Shown here in pieces: positions 12,720 through 25,823 of a stretch of DNA of 64,000 bases. Source of the stretch: Camelus ferus (Eukaryota); NCBI RefSeq assembly GCF_009834535.1, contig NC_045698.1, positions 13,084,001-13,148,000 on the forward strand, in the 5' to 3' direction. The position numbers and the translations under genes were made by a program. The number at the start of each line of letters is the position of its first letter. Within the stretch, counting starts at the first letter, position 1. Under the pieces are notes generated by a model that saw nothing but the letters and a program-made list of their open reading frames with translations, was not told where the DNA came from and did no database searches.

Positions 12720-13950
12720 GTATACAGTCTGTGTTTTAAATATTTAGTTAATTATTGTTATTATTTTATGAACATTCCATGAAACAGTAGTTTTTAGTAT
12801 GAGCCTGTTCCATCGCTTTGGTTTTATATTTTTGAACTGCTGGTCAATGTGTGATGGTCCCTTTGTCTGGCTTCTATAGCTATTGCTTTCTCTTGAATTC
12901 ACTTTTATTCCTCTCCATTTATTTTTAAATTTCAAGAGTGATTCTTCCCATCTTATATAACTAAACCAGTATCCATTATATTTGCTCTTGTGCTTTTTCT
13001 AATTTTTGTCTTGACTTCTGAATTTTGTTTTCTTTTACTGGTTTTCTGAGTTTTGTGTCCCCTATTCTTACCTGATTTTTCACATCAACATCCCCATTTT
13101 GAGTTTTTTAAAAAATCTGATTTATCTTATTTCTTGATAGTTTCTATTATTTTTAATGACTTGAACCCACTTTAAAATTTAGGCCACTTTTATTTTGTGG
13201 CTTTGTCTTTCTAAAGTGTTTTATTTTCTATGGAGACATTGTTATGCCTGATTATCTGTATACAGAATTTGTTTGCAGCTACTTTTGTTAAGGATTTTAA
13301 GTGAAATATGTTCTTCTGTTCCTTTAGTTGGGAGGAAAGGGGCAAGATAACATTTCCATTTCTATTGCCCTAGAATTCTCTTATATTATTTTCATTAAGT
13401 AACCAGTCAAGGAAAAAAAGTACTTCTTACTTTCTGAGATCTGCCTTATCTGCTTCTTCCCTCACTTCCATCTGTACCTTCTGTTCCGTTTGTCCTGGTG
13501 AGTTTACGTATCATTTTCCTTTGAGACTAAGCTTTATTCTGGAAGAAAGATTCAGATTACTAGTTTCTAAAGTGCCTGGAGCTCAGACTGCTTTCAGATT
13601 ATGCTAGAATCCCCTCGCATTTAATTTGCCAACTGAATTCTCCTGAAGCTCCTCCTAATTTCAGCTGCTTAGAGGTGTTTGTGTGCTCACAGAAGATGGC
13701 TTCTCGTCTCCCATCCGTCAGGTACCGCTTTGCTTTCCTTTGCCTCCTCGTGCACGTAGACTCACAGCACATGGGTCTTGCAGCTGCCCTGCTGTGCCTC
13801 CACCTGCCCGTATGCTGTAAAGTCTTCTTGTAGACATTATCTTTATTTGTTTTTTTTAAATTTTGCAATGCTACGTGTTCTGCCTATTTTTATTGGGAGA
13901 TTAAGGAGTTTCAGAAACCATGCCACTCTTGCCACCATCTTCCCCAAACT
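12720..13950 (-). mobile_element. Very old L1/HAL1-like 5' region remnant
   Basis: T-rich antisense ORF1-like composition ending in the GCCACCATCTT-like motif typical of L1 5' ends; probably continues the element interrupted at 10.85 kb. Confidence 0.4.
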
Positions 13951-14034
13951 CATAGACTTTGCAATACTCTTTAAATGCTCTGTGGCTCTAACTGGATGAC
14001 ACCCTCACTACTTTGCACTCTTTTCTCAGTAGGT

Positions 14035-14810
14035 GTCATTTATTAATTCACTCCTTCAAGAAATATTTTTTGAGTGCCAGGCATTTTTTAGGCACAGGAG
14101 ATTTAGTAGAGAGCAAAACTAATCAAGTTTATATTGTAACTGTGGGGAATAGAAAAGAAGAAAACAAACAGGCGTCTGCACGTATGTCAGAGAGTGATGA
14201 GTGTCATGAAGAAAAAAGAGAAAACCGGGTGTGCAGAACTGAGACTAGAGGGAGAAAAAAAGAGCTTATTATTTTAAGTAGGGTAGGCAGGACAGATCTC
14301 TCTGTGATAGTTTTATATTTAAAGAGAGACTTAACAAAAGTGAGAGAAGAAGATCTGCAGCTCCCTGGGTGCACCGTGAGAGAATATTTCAAGTAGAGGA
14401 ATTAGTAAGCCAAAATTCCCTGAGGCTAGTGCATTCCTAAAGAACAATAAAACAGCAAAATATCCAGTAGGGATGAAGACGGTTGAGTGCAGGGGAAAAA
14501 AGCCATAGACATCAATGTGTAAATCAGAGGGTCTCACAAGTCATTACAAGGATTTTGGATACTTTCCTGAATGAGATGGGAAGCTACTGTAGAGCTTTGT
14601 GCAGATTAATTACATGATTTGGCTGATATATTAAAAAAAGGATTAGCAGTTCTTGGGAGAATGCACTTAGAATGCAAAGGCAGAAGCAATATAGAGGCTT
14701 ATAAGGCTTGGGTGAGAGCGGAGTGAGAAATAAAAGGGATGGTAACAAGCGATGAGACTCAAGGTATATTTTGAAGGTAGCAAGTTTAAGATGGTGATCT
14801 TGATCTGAGA
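14035..14810 (-). mobile_element. L2 LINE 3' fragment
   Basis: TCATTTATTAATTCACTCCTTCAAGAAATATTTTTTGAGTGCC (reverse complement of the L2 tail) followed by purine-rich L2 body motifs (GAGATGGGAAGCTACTG..., GGTATATTTTGAAGGTAG). Confidence 0.8.
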
Positions 14811-15699
14811 AAGCACAGCTGAGTGTTACACCTTTATATCCAAATCCCATGTGGAAATCCTCAAGCAGTCTGTATGAATGCCAGACAATTTCCGGTCCCT
14901 GTTCTTACATCCATTTGAATCACTCGATTACTCCAGAATAAAAAAGAACAATAATTGTTATCCTTACCTTGCATCATTTGGAATAAGTTTAAAAGATAAC
15001 TTAATAACTATCCCAGCAACTCTTCTCACATCCTGTTTTCTTTCCTCTGAACTGTTACCATATCTACAAAGCTTAGAGGCCTCTCATTTTCCAAGCTCTC
15101 AAAAAGCTCTGTCTCCTTTCCCAGCTCAAGCAGGCTTCCTCTTTCTCTCTTCCTTCTCTCCTGTCAACTCTTTCCTATGTAAATAACTACAGCTCCTTCA
15201 CCAAGTGCTTTCCCCTCCACTAGCCTTTTTACCTTGTGGTCCCTTCTGTCTGCTGATAATGCATTTCTGCAGCACCGAAGAGAACACAGTTGGAGGTCGG
15301 GAAGAAGGGAAGAGATGTACGGAGGAAAATGAGGGGAACCAAAGTAAGTAAAATCTTACTTTTCTTTATCCAGTGGCTGGAGATGTAGCAGAAATGTTGC
15401 TTAGGAATCATCTCCTGGTTTCCTTTCCTCTTTAATTTACTCTGTCATAGTCTTTCTGTGTGGCACGAGAGAATAATTCATGGTCATCTAACAACTAAAG
15501 AAACTAAAGTAATTTTGCTACCCTCAAAACCACCTCATAATGGACTTTTGGGAGAAAAAAAGTGACATTCTGAAATGCTGGCCAAAGACACTGTATGAAA
15601 TGAGTTTAAAAAGATTAGGGAATATATGTAACTCTGCAGTAATGACATCTCTGTCATCCTCTCATTCTGCTCCTATAAGCCATTTATTAATTGTGTTAT

Positions 15700-16105
15700 A
15701 TGTGGAATCTTAAAAAAAAATGATACAAATAAACTTATTTACAAAATGAAAACAGACATAAAAAAACAAACTTATAGTTACCAAAGGGGAAAGGGGTGGG
15801 AGGGATAAATTAAGAATTTGGGATTAGTAAATACAAACTACTATATATAAAATAGATAAACAACAAGGCCCTACTGTATAGCACAGGGAACTATATTCAT
15901 TATCTTGTAATAACCTGTAATGGAAAAGAATCTGAAAAGGAATATAAATATAACTCAGTTATATATATAATTATAAAATATATATGAATATATAAAATGT
16001 ATACTATGTATAATTCCGTTATACATGTGTATCACTGAATCACTATGCTCTACACCGGAAACTAACACAACATTATAAATTAACTATACTTCAGTAAAAA
16101 GAAAA
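15700..16105 (+). mobile_element. Cetartiodactyl-type L1 3' UTR fragment
   Basis: ATGTGGAATCTTAAAAA...GGGAGGGATAAATT...CTACTGTATAGCACAGGGAACTATATTCA...AACTATACTTCAGTAAAAA; short direct repeat TGTGTTAT on both sides. Confidence 0.9.
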
Positions 16106-16107
16106 TG

Positions 16108-16696
16108 TGTTATCAACAGGTTCTAAGATGAAGGGACAGATAGTTTTGTTATCCCAAAAGGGAAGGGGAGAAAGACCCCAGTTCTTGTCTTACCCAAAAG
16201 AGAAGAATTCAGATGGGAGATGGAAGCGTTCTGTAGCAAAAGATTTTAAAGGTTTTATTAGCAAACGGAAAGTACACCTCCAAGAATGGGAGGCAGGCTG
16301 ATCCAAGGGTAGATAATAACCGTCTTTGCTTGCCCCTTCTCTTACACCCTCACTTAGAGATGGTCTCCTGATTGACTGAAGGCTCTTGCCCCTGGAGTGC
16401 TTAGTCATGCTCATCCCCTTCTGCATATCCTTCCCGGTGATGCACACAGAAAACCCATGGAGGGACCTAAGCCGCAGTGCTGATTATATTACAACGAGCA
16501 TTGTGTCGCGTCCGGGTAGGTCACTGTTGCTACATGCAGTCGTGGCCATAGGGTTCTAACCAGTTTCTTGCTGGCACTCATTTAGAGGACGTAAAGCCCC
16601 TTTACCCTGAGGGCAGGCAGACCGCCATCTTCGGTACCATGCTCCCTCACCTCCACCTTATCTGCCCGGTGCCCCTACTTACCTAGCTACCTAACA
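16108..16696 (-). mobile_element. ERV solo LTR
   Basis: TGTTA...TAACA termini; reverse-strand AATAAA (TTTATT at about 16254); relatively CpG-rich; YY1-like CCGCCATCTT at 16622. Confidence 0.7.
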
Positions 16697-17295
16697 TTTT
16701 TAGAAGAACAAGAGGGAGCGGGGTTGCATCTTTGCTCTTTAGATCCTCTCAGGCCAAATCTTAGGAAGGACTGAAAGTTAAGAAATATGAGATGATATTT
16801 TTTGAAGGCAGAGGTCTCCAAGAGAGGATCCCATTATACTCTGGGAAAATTTTGAAAACAGAGGGCACTGCTAGTTCTCTCAAGATAAGAACTGAGAAAA
16901 ATGTAGCAGTGTCTTCCCAGGGAGGAGATGGTAGGAATGGCTTTATGAACCGTCTGCAGGAAGGAAAGAAGCGAGTGTTCCGACCAGAGGCCTCGTGGAT
17001 GAGGAGAGTGACATTCACCAGGAAGGGGACACGGCTTGTACTGCAGATTGATGTCAGCTTAGACCTTATCTGAAAGTAGATGGCCCAGGAGTCACACACA
17101 CCACTTGAGCTCCTTCTGCCAAGACTTACTCAAATGCCTAGTTACATTTGTATGCTCTCAGCTACAAAGAGATCATGAAATGCAATTTCTAGATGGACAG
17201 TTGACATACCAATATAATTCTTGAGTCCTACTTCTTAAAAAATAAAAGGGCAATAGACACTAACGAGATTTTTACCCAAGTCCTCCACAGACAGG

Positions 17296-17774
17296 TATTG
17301 ACTGAAGTAAATGTACAGCCTAAACGTTGAGAGTTATGTTTTATTTGGCAGGAGGACTCGAGCCGGGATGACAGCCTCTCAGATCGCTCTGAGGGACCAC
17401 TCCCAAGAGGTAGGGGAGGAGCTAGGATGTATAGGAGCTTTACAACAAAGACCAGGTAGTTCGAACATTTAAAGATTCCTTGTTATCTAAAGAAAACCAG
17501 GCATCTCAAGTTAAATAATTTAGTGCTTTTCTATGTACGGGAGGAAGCAAACATTTGGGCTCATTGAATTCATTCCTTTGACAAGCACCTAGCTATCTAG
17601 GGCCAGTGTCCTGTCTTTTCTTATTCTGAGTCCCCTCAGGGTGCAGCATTGTGTGTAGCTGCAGAGGCCGGGCTGCAGGCTTGTCTTCACTGGGGGGAGG
17701 CGGCAGCCGCAGATGACTTGATGGTTTCAGCATTCTTTGTTTACTGATACGGTTTGCAGTATTTTTCATTCACA
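17296..17774 (-). mobile_element. MER41-like ERV1 solo LTR
   Basis: TTGACTGAAG...CCTAAACGTTGAGAGTTATGTTTTATTTGGC...CAGCCTCTCAGATCGCTCTGAGGG resembles artiodactyl MER41-type LTRs; ends TTCATTCACA. Confidence 0.7.
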
Positions 17775-19149
17775 AGAAAATGGAGACTTTCATGGATAAT
17801 GTCCAGTACCAGTCTGGTAGCTTTGCTAGGCAGAGCCATACTCCTTGAATGCTGAGATGGACAATTGTTTCAAATGTAGAGTGAATCTGTACTTGAACTC
17901 GATCAAAACCAAGTCCTGGAGCACCATGAAAAAACTCCATTGCGCAAAAGCTCAGGCTATTCTGTTCAGTTTTATTGCCCATTCCCAGAGTGAAAATCTT
18001 CTTTGAAAGGGCTGGGTCCTTACAGAGGAAGGTCTGTTCTTTCTCATCAGAGAGCAAGCTGAGTATAAGATATGAAGAGACAGATGATGTGAGAACTTCC
18101 CATGAATGATAGAAGAAGGCAAATGTTCTGAACGACCAGAAAGCGAAGGTGAGTCATTGCTTTCATATGAGAATTGCTGACAGCATTAAAATCCCTGTGG
18201 TATTTGTAGAAATGTCTGTAGAAATGAGGGCAAGAGGAGAAAATGGGCCTTCCAAACTATCATCCACTTTAGATTGGCTTAATGCCTTTTAACTTGATAG
18301 CTGGAGAATTCTTTAAAAGTATTTGAGCTAAGAAATCTAGTCCTGATGTAATTACTCTGCCTCACAAATTTGCCAGGGTTTCAAGTTCTGTCCAGAATGT
18401 CTGTCAGTCTGCCATCTCTAAGAGGTCGTGTTCACTTACACAGTCAAATCCACATCCATATCACAGGAATCACGAAGGGGCCACAGCAAGGGCATATGCA
18501 GTTCATTTTTTTTTATTATGAAAAATGGGGGAAAGATACTCAGGCACAACTAGAAATCTCTTCTCTAGATGTAAATACCCAGCAGTAAAAAAGGGAAAAA
18601 TAATTTATTATCCATTCAGTAGAATAAACTAGTTCGTATCCATTTGTAAAAGAATAACATCATGAATTTTTTTGTATTTTTTTATTGATGGGATAAATAA
18701 AGGATAAAAAAAATTATTCAAAATGAAAACTCAATTAGAATGCTGTAGAGAGTGAGGAGAAGAGAGAGAAAAGAAGACAGAGAGAAAGAAATGTCATCGG
18801 AGGTTAAATCTGGATAGTAGAATTCTAGATCTATCTAATATTTAATTCTCCTCTTTGGTGAGAATGAAGTGCTTCTTTTGTATTGGAAATGATCAATGAA
18901 TGCTTCTTTAAATCTTCTGTCTCTGCCTTTCCTGGACATATTTGTTCAACAGACAACATTTTTAAATGGAAATGTAAGCTTATTTTAGCATGTCTTCCTC
19001 ATCCTATTTTTTTTTTTTTTATTCCTTGGCTCAGAAGTAGTAACACATGAATATTTCATGTCAATTTGGGGGTAATTTTTACTTCTGCAATAGCTTTCCT
19101 GTCTGATAACTTGACATCTATAATTTTGGACATTAGAGCAACTATATGA

Positions 19150-20320
19150 CACTTTAAACAAAGCTCACTAAAACATACATAGCCATGGTGCTGGCCAAAA
19201 GCAAACAGATGAATCAAATGAGAAAGGGAAAAGGAAGAGATACATGAATATCAAAGTGAAATAAATATACCTAAATTAGAGAGACTTTAAATCCACTTTT
19301 TATAGCTGTGACTACATTGGCAGAAACTGAATGATTTAAATGTTCAGGATTTGTTCATTGATACATTTTCAGACTTCAAATGCCATTTGTTTTGAACTCA
19401 CACACACAGTGACCTTACATTATTTTTTTCCCCTCTGATTAGGAGGGACATGGTTATCTCACTAATAGAAATGTGGTCTGTGAGAGTATCCTGGCTAATA
19501 GATAATTCCCATGCTGCCCAAATACTTAAGTGAATTTGAAGCATGTGTTCAGCTTGAAAGCCATTTGGATAACGCAACCAACCACACACAACTGTTGGGG
19601 CATTACCCAAAGGAAAATGCAGAAAATGAAATTGTTGGCAAAGATAATCACTGTGAGTTGAGTGCAGGGTCTGAGAGCAGGAGGCTTTCCGGAATACCAC
19701 ACTGTCTATTGTGAGCAAGTAAAGAAAAGATGTTTTAAATTTGGAACAAAGTGGCCATTGTCTAAGATCCCTTAGTGAATTGGGTAATAAAAGTATAGAG
19801 GCTTTTATTTTATTAAGGTCACCAAAAAATTATAACCTGGGAGAGCTGGCTCAGTGGGCAGAGTTGGAGGTGTTTTACAAGTGATAATCCTGTGGTGTAG
19901 AATGACGTTTTTTGGACTGGGTAATACTGTTGTGCTTCCTCTGAGTGTTCCTTTGTTTTGTGTTAGAAAGAAACAGTAGAGAAGATGGAGAGACAGCATA
20001 ACAGGATCAGGGGTATTGAATTCGAAAACGATACTATCATCCTCACTATGGTGGAAAGTGAAGAATCAGAACACCGAATGCTGAAAAGAGAGGTGATGTA
20101 TGAACCCAGGATGTAGCCACTCTGAGAATTCTGGTTAAAAGGAGTGAGTGTGTGAAATGAAAATAATCTAGTAGAGGCGTTCTTAACCAAGGCACACAGA
20201 CTTGGAAAAGGTGTTGTTTTGTAAATCTTGATTGATACAAGATATTTGGATTTTACCAAAACTAAATTAGAACTCTACATTCAGATCATATCAGCTTTTT
20301 GAAGTAAAACACTAGTAGGG
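19150..20320 (+). mobile_element. Diverged L1M 3' UTR remnants
   Basis: A-rich sense strand with L1MC/ME-like 3'UTR motifs; weak, boundaries approximate. Confidence 0.4.
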
Positions 20321-20325
20321 TGGCC

Positions 20326-20968
20326 TGTTAGAGCAGGCAGATAGCTAGATATGAGCAGAGATAGGGGGACACAGACCAAATGGCAGGGATTGGGCAGAAA
20401 GGAGGGGCACAGGCCAAATGCAGGAAACCACACATCGTGTAAGCAGCAGGGATCCTTGGGCAGAGAAAGAAAAGCAGGAACCTTGGGGCTGATAAGGGAT
20501 CATGCCTTTTGGGGTGACAAGTGGCCTGGAGAAGAACAAAGAAAGGTGAGAAAAGGCAGGAATTTCTTGTGTCCGAATGTAACCTTTTGCTCATTATGCC
20601 CTCATTTCAATAAAATTAGCCTTGCAGATCAGAAGTACCCATCATGCACCGATGCCATGACACTTCTCAACCAGACTAAATAAGGACAAAAATCCCTCCT
20701 CCCTTTGGGAAGGGATGGAGGTTGATGACCCCAAACCCTTCCCTCCCCAATGAATATTCTGCCCATTCATTTTTATACCCTATGTAGCTAACTTGCCAAA
20801 GAAACTCAGGGCAGCTACTCACCTGAGCCTGCCCGCTCTCCCCTGAGAGTGTACTATCCATCCTTTAATAAATCCTCACTTCAACTTTTTTAACCACTAC
20901 GTCTTATCTCTGAATTCTTTCTGAGACGGGACAAGAACCTGGAACACCGGTTGCATCTGTCGGCAACA
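20326..20968 (+). mobile_element. Young ERV1 solo LTR with perfect 4-bp TSD
   Basis: GGCC|TGTTAG...GGCAACA|GGCC; 643 bp; TATA-like TTTTATACCC followed by AATAAA at about 20867. Confidence 0.9.
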
Positions 20969-21499
20969 GGCCAACAATAAAAAGCAATGAAATAGAGAGT
21001 CCATGATCCCAGCATAAAAAAGAGAGAGGAGCATGAAAGGGTAGCATTGGGTTACCACGATTCATAAAGAAAAACTCTTATAAGTAAATTAGTTTAAAAG
21101 ATTATAGTAAGACATTAACCAATCTCTTTATTTTGAAATTCTATAATTCACTGTTAATTGTAAAATTTTTTTTGGATCTTGTGTAAATTAATTGATACAT
21201 AGAAAAGTGAAAAGGGGTTATCAGATGACTTTTGGGGTGAGAGAGGGAGAGGGTGTGATGCAATATTATTATTTTCACTTCTCTTAAGTTCCTAGTGTTG
21301 AGCTGCAATTGTGTAGGCTAATGTTCATTTTTCATTCAATATACAGTCCAATTCTCTAGTCAAAAACTAAAAGCCTGTCCATTCATAATTTTTATATTCA
21401 TCAATAGATTTGGTTTTTTCTATCATTATTAATTTGATTAACTTTGCATTAAAGTAGAGACATTTAAGTGTAAATTTTAGAGACAGACTTTGTATTCAG

Positions 21500-22695
21500 G
21501 TTCAGAAAACCTGATGAGTACATCTTTCTTTACTACCAAAATCCAATTAAAATGAAAGAATTATAAGAATAAAAGATAATCCATAGTGACTAGGAAATCT
21601 TCATGGGTACCATTAGTGAATCTCAAACAGTAAGTTGTCTAAAGCATAGAGAGAAAAAAGAATTCAATTGCTGACAAATATGAGATTATGTGTACCCACC
21701 CAGGAAAGCCCTTAAATCAGATACAGCATAACCTCGGACATCCTATGGGCAGGGAGAGAGATTGTGATGCAAGATTTCAGAATGGCTATTCCAGAGTCCA
21801 ATCTCAAGAGGCCAAGCACCGGTGTCTGTTCTCAGTAAAGCTGTAAGAGGTGGACAGATGAAGCAGGTCACCTGCTACTTCCAACGTGAGAAATTGAGGC
21901 CTGAAAGAGAAACAGGAAGGCTCCAGGTAATTTTGTGCCACAGCAAACAAGGAGCATCTCCTCTGAAAGCCAGAACCCTGCTAACTCAGCAGGAGATACT
22001 GACCATGATCATAGGCCAGGCTCTCTCACGATCGCCAGGGCTCTGAAACCAACAGCTGATTGGATCACCAGGTACCACTGAGTATTCTAATAGCTGAGGA
22101 AACCCATCCCATTTGCCAAGACTGCTTAAGATATTCATATACATATTAATGAATCATCAAAAGTCAAAGACTATTTAAGAAGAATATGAAATAATATGTA
22201 GAGGTATAAAAAGAGCTATTCAAGAAATAGGAAAAAGCACTTCAAAAAATCTATTCTTTATACTAGAAAACTCCAGTGAACATCATATTTCCAAACTGAG
22301 AAAAGTTGCTAAAAAGAAAAACAGTTGTGGAAATAAAAGATTCTTCCTACAACAGCAATAGCAACAACTATAACAACTCAACTGAAGTGCTGAATACCAG
22401 AATAGATTTGGTAAAATGATTAATTATCATGAAGATGGAGTAGAGTCATTTGCCCAGGAGTCAATAAAAAAGTAAAAGCAAGTAAATTAAAAAGAAAACA
22501 CATGAAAAAAAAGGGAGAGAGAGGGAGAAGGGAAGAAGCTAGAGGATGAATCCAGAAAGTGCAATATTAGTTTAAAATTTATTCCAGAAAGGGAGAACAA
22601 AGAGGAATGACAGAAAACAATAATTGAAGAACTCTATAAAAGTTCTCTAATGTAAAAACGACTCATGCTTCAGATTAAAAGTGCTCACATAATGT
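21500..22695 (+). mobile_element. Old L1 5'UTR/ORF1 remnant
   Basis: A-rich ORF1-like stretch (GAATCCAGAAAGTGCAATATT...TTCCAGAAAGGGAGAAC...CTTCAGATTAAAAGTGCTCAC). Confidence 0.55.
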
Positions 22696-22938
22696 CTTCC
22701 CAGCATCTTAGGCTCTCCTGAACAGATTTTCAGTGTCTGGAGAATTTGAGATGGGTTATCTAGTTTCGCCCTGGGGGACCACTTGTTGCCTTTGTTGGGA
22801 CGCGTGGACTCAAGTTGGAGCAGATGTTACACAGACAGCGTTTTAACTCCCTACTTCCTGCTCTCTCCCAGTCTGGGGGTTCTTTGGTGGGGTTCACCAC
22901 TGAGGAAAAGCCCCTTCCTCTGCAGTCCTTTCCAGTAC

Positions 22939-23588
22939 TGTTACCAAACCAAATTTGGGTCCCCTCGCCCATGTGCAGTCAAGCCAATCTACTGACATGG
23001 GGTTGTGGTGAAGAAAGGTGCAGCTCTTATTGCAAAGCCAGACAAGGAGTCCAGGCAGTTAATGCTCAAGAGACCCAAATTCCCCAGTGGCTTTCAGGGA
23101 AAGGTTTATAAAGACAGGGTGACGGTGAGGGTTGTGGGGTGTATGATTAGCGCCCGGACTTTCTTATGATTGGTTGGTGGTGAGGTTATCTGGAGTCAAC
23201 AGCACTAACCTCTGGTTCCAACTAGTCTGGGGTCTACATGTTTGTGGTTAACTTGTGGTTAATGTCTTCCCCCTGGTCGGGGTTTCAGTATCTGCAGAAC
23301 AGCTGAAAGAATATTAGCTTTGAAGTTTATCTATATTAGCTCACAATATGATCTATAGACCTTGAGCAGAAACTAAAGGTCCTTGACTTTGTTTAATGGC
23401 TAAACTATGATTATTTTGTCTTGCTTGACTGTTTTTCCTTTGTTTTGCATTTTCTCACTTCTCTGATTGACTGTATTCTTTAGAATTTGGGGGAGGCCTA
23501 GGAAGCTGAAGTTCTACAAAAAAGAGATGGGCAAAGGACATGGGGAAGTCTGTCCGAGGATGGTCCCATAGGGTCTTGCTTGGTTACA
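22939..23588 (-). mobile_element. ERV1 solo LTR
   Basis: TGTTACC...GGTTACA termini; AAGCCAATCTACTGACA..GGTTGTGGTGAAG and CTTATGATTGGTTGGTGGTGAGG are typical MER4-group LTR motifs. Confidence 0.75.
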
Positions 23589-24354
23589 GACTGAACTATA
23601 TTTGTCCTTGCAATATACCTGAACTGCTTTCTGTCACCAGCTACTGTCCTCTCTCAGTCTGGCTATGCCCCTCTCTTTATTGCCTCTTATTCGCCTACCA
23701 TGTTTGTTCCGTTGCCTCTCTGGAAGGAGAGAAAAACATCAAACTGTGGTGTATCCTACATGTAAGATTAACTCTATCTTATAAAGACTAATCATGACAA
23801 AATAAAATTTACTGTTAGAAACTGAAGGCAGTGAATCAGAGGCCACTGTGCCTATTTCTCAACAACTCAACAATTACAGGATTATGCCTTTGGAAAAATA
23901 CAAATTTGGGGGAAAATCTCCTTAATTATATCTGAAAAAAACTCCCTCGAATTAACAATTACAAATTATATAACCCTGATGATTGTGTTTTTGATCAGGT
24001 TTACAGAAATGGAAAGGATAGAATTACATAGAAAGAAAGAAATTAAAAACTGCAGCAGAGCACACTCCTTACAATATAGTCTATTCACAGAAAATATATT
24101 AAAACTGTATGAATTGTGTCACTATGTGATTCAAATCCTCCATTTTAGCTCTTTTTCTAAAAGCATAGCTAACAATTTCAAAGATAGCTTATGTGCTGGA
24201 ATATAAAATACATTTGAGAATTTAACTTCATTTTACTGAGACTTTTAATGACATAATGTAATTAATAAAACATTAAAGTGATTGATAAAAGGGTTGAATA
24301 AAACAGGACTAAAATTTATTTTTAGATCTCTGAGCTATGATATCTATAAATTTC

Positions 24355-24450
24355 TTACATCCAACTGTGTAATTGTCCAACTTGCATTTTTATCTTATTT
24401 CCAACAATATCATACACTTTCTTATTGAATGTTTTGATGAGCTTAACAAA
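24355..24450 (-). mobile_element. L3/CR1 reverse-transcriptase remnant
   Basis: Translation KLIKTFNKKVYDIVGNKIKM...LHSWM resembles CR1 RT (DFSKAFDKVSHDILV.KMEK...WI.SWL). Confidence 0.5.
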
Positions 24451-25783
24451 GGCAGCACGGGGTGAAATGACATAGGGAGTCAGACAAAGCTGTGCGGTAA
24501 CACTTACCATGGGTAGGATTTTTAGTACAATATTAACTTTTCCAAAAACCGTATCTGTCCACAAATGGGAATTGGGTCTGAATTGGGGCTGTGATATGCT
24601 TTAGCCAACAGAAATGGGTAGGCCTCTGAGGGTAGACCCGAAAGCCAGGTAGCTTTTATTTCCCAGTCAGAATATCTGATTTTCTGGTTGTAATTGCCTA
24701 CATTTCTCCTTAGCCTCCACGTCCTGGGTGTAAACCCTTTTAATTAAACCAACAAATCTTTTCTACAGTTCTATTCTGGTCTTTATGGGAAGCACTCGGC
24801 TTCTTTCCAAGATACTCTTTCTCTGATGTTACATATCAAATCTGGAATATCAAATCCTGTTCCATGAAACCCACAAACCATTAGCCACATGTTCCCTATA
24901 ATCCTAGCCAGTTCTTATGAGAAAAAATAAAACAAAACCCTATCTATAGTCTTCTGCTTTATGAGAATAATAACCTTGAAGAAAATGCTCTCAAATATGA
25001 GAAATAGTTTTCAAAATCTTTGATAAAAACATTAAGAAAACAAATGTCAAGGCTCTCACTTGACACAGTCTTCGAAAAGATCTCTCTCCAGGTTACTTTA
25101 ATCTTTTCATTGATCTGTCAGACGTTAAGCCAGCAGTGACTAATCAACCTAATTTTCTTTAAAAATAATGCATATTTCTGCATTGTAACCAGGGTATTAT
25201 GAATAAAGGTTTTCAAAACACTTTATCTTCTGTGTGTTCTGTGCTTACAGCATGTTTATTGTTTTACTAACATTGCAATCACATAATCCAAGAAAACATT
25301 TTATATTTTCTTGTTAAGTTTATGATGAGTCTGATGAAAACCACTTAGTTACATTTTTTAGCAAACTGCCAACAGACCACATATAAAATGGTTTTCCCGA
25401 GTATTTTGCTTGGTCAACTTCATCGTTTGTGGAATCAGTGTTTCTGCCTGCCTGGGTAAGAAATGGCTTTTGTCAAACAGAAATCTCCAGAACATGTCTC
25501 ATCCTCAAACATTGCTGAGATGATCAAAAGAGGTCTGAACATTCCACTTTAGTTTATTACTGTAATCTATTTACTGAACTAGACTTGAATTAAATTTTAT
25601 TAGCCATGTTGTCTTTGATCAATTTTCATTGTATTCATTCTACAATTATTTATGCTTATTCCATCTTCCCTCACCTAATGGATGATCTCCTGAGCATCTT
25701 AGCAGCCAGGATGGAATGAGAAAGCTATGGGCTTAGAAAAAGCCCAGAGAATTTTTTAAATTACCCCCATTGGCACACTGCTG

Positions 25784-25785
<2 letters not shown>

Positions 25786-25821
<36 letters not shown>
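25786..25821. repeat. (GT)n microsatellite
   Basis: Direct reading. Confidence 0.95.

Positions 25822-25823
<2 letters not shown>

Noticed and set aside
14013..14396. 127-aa ORF
   Set aside because: Lies in an L2 fragment, has a non-ATG start and no recognisable domain.
17296..17774. STAT1 GAS element in the MER41-like LTR
   Set aside because: No TTCNNNGAA found by eye in this copy.
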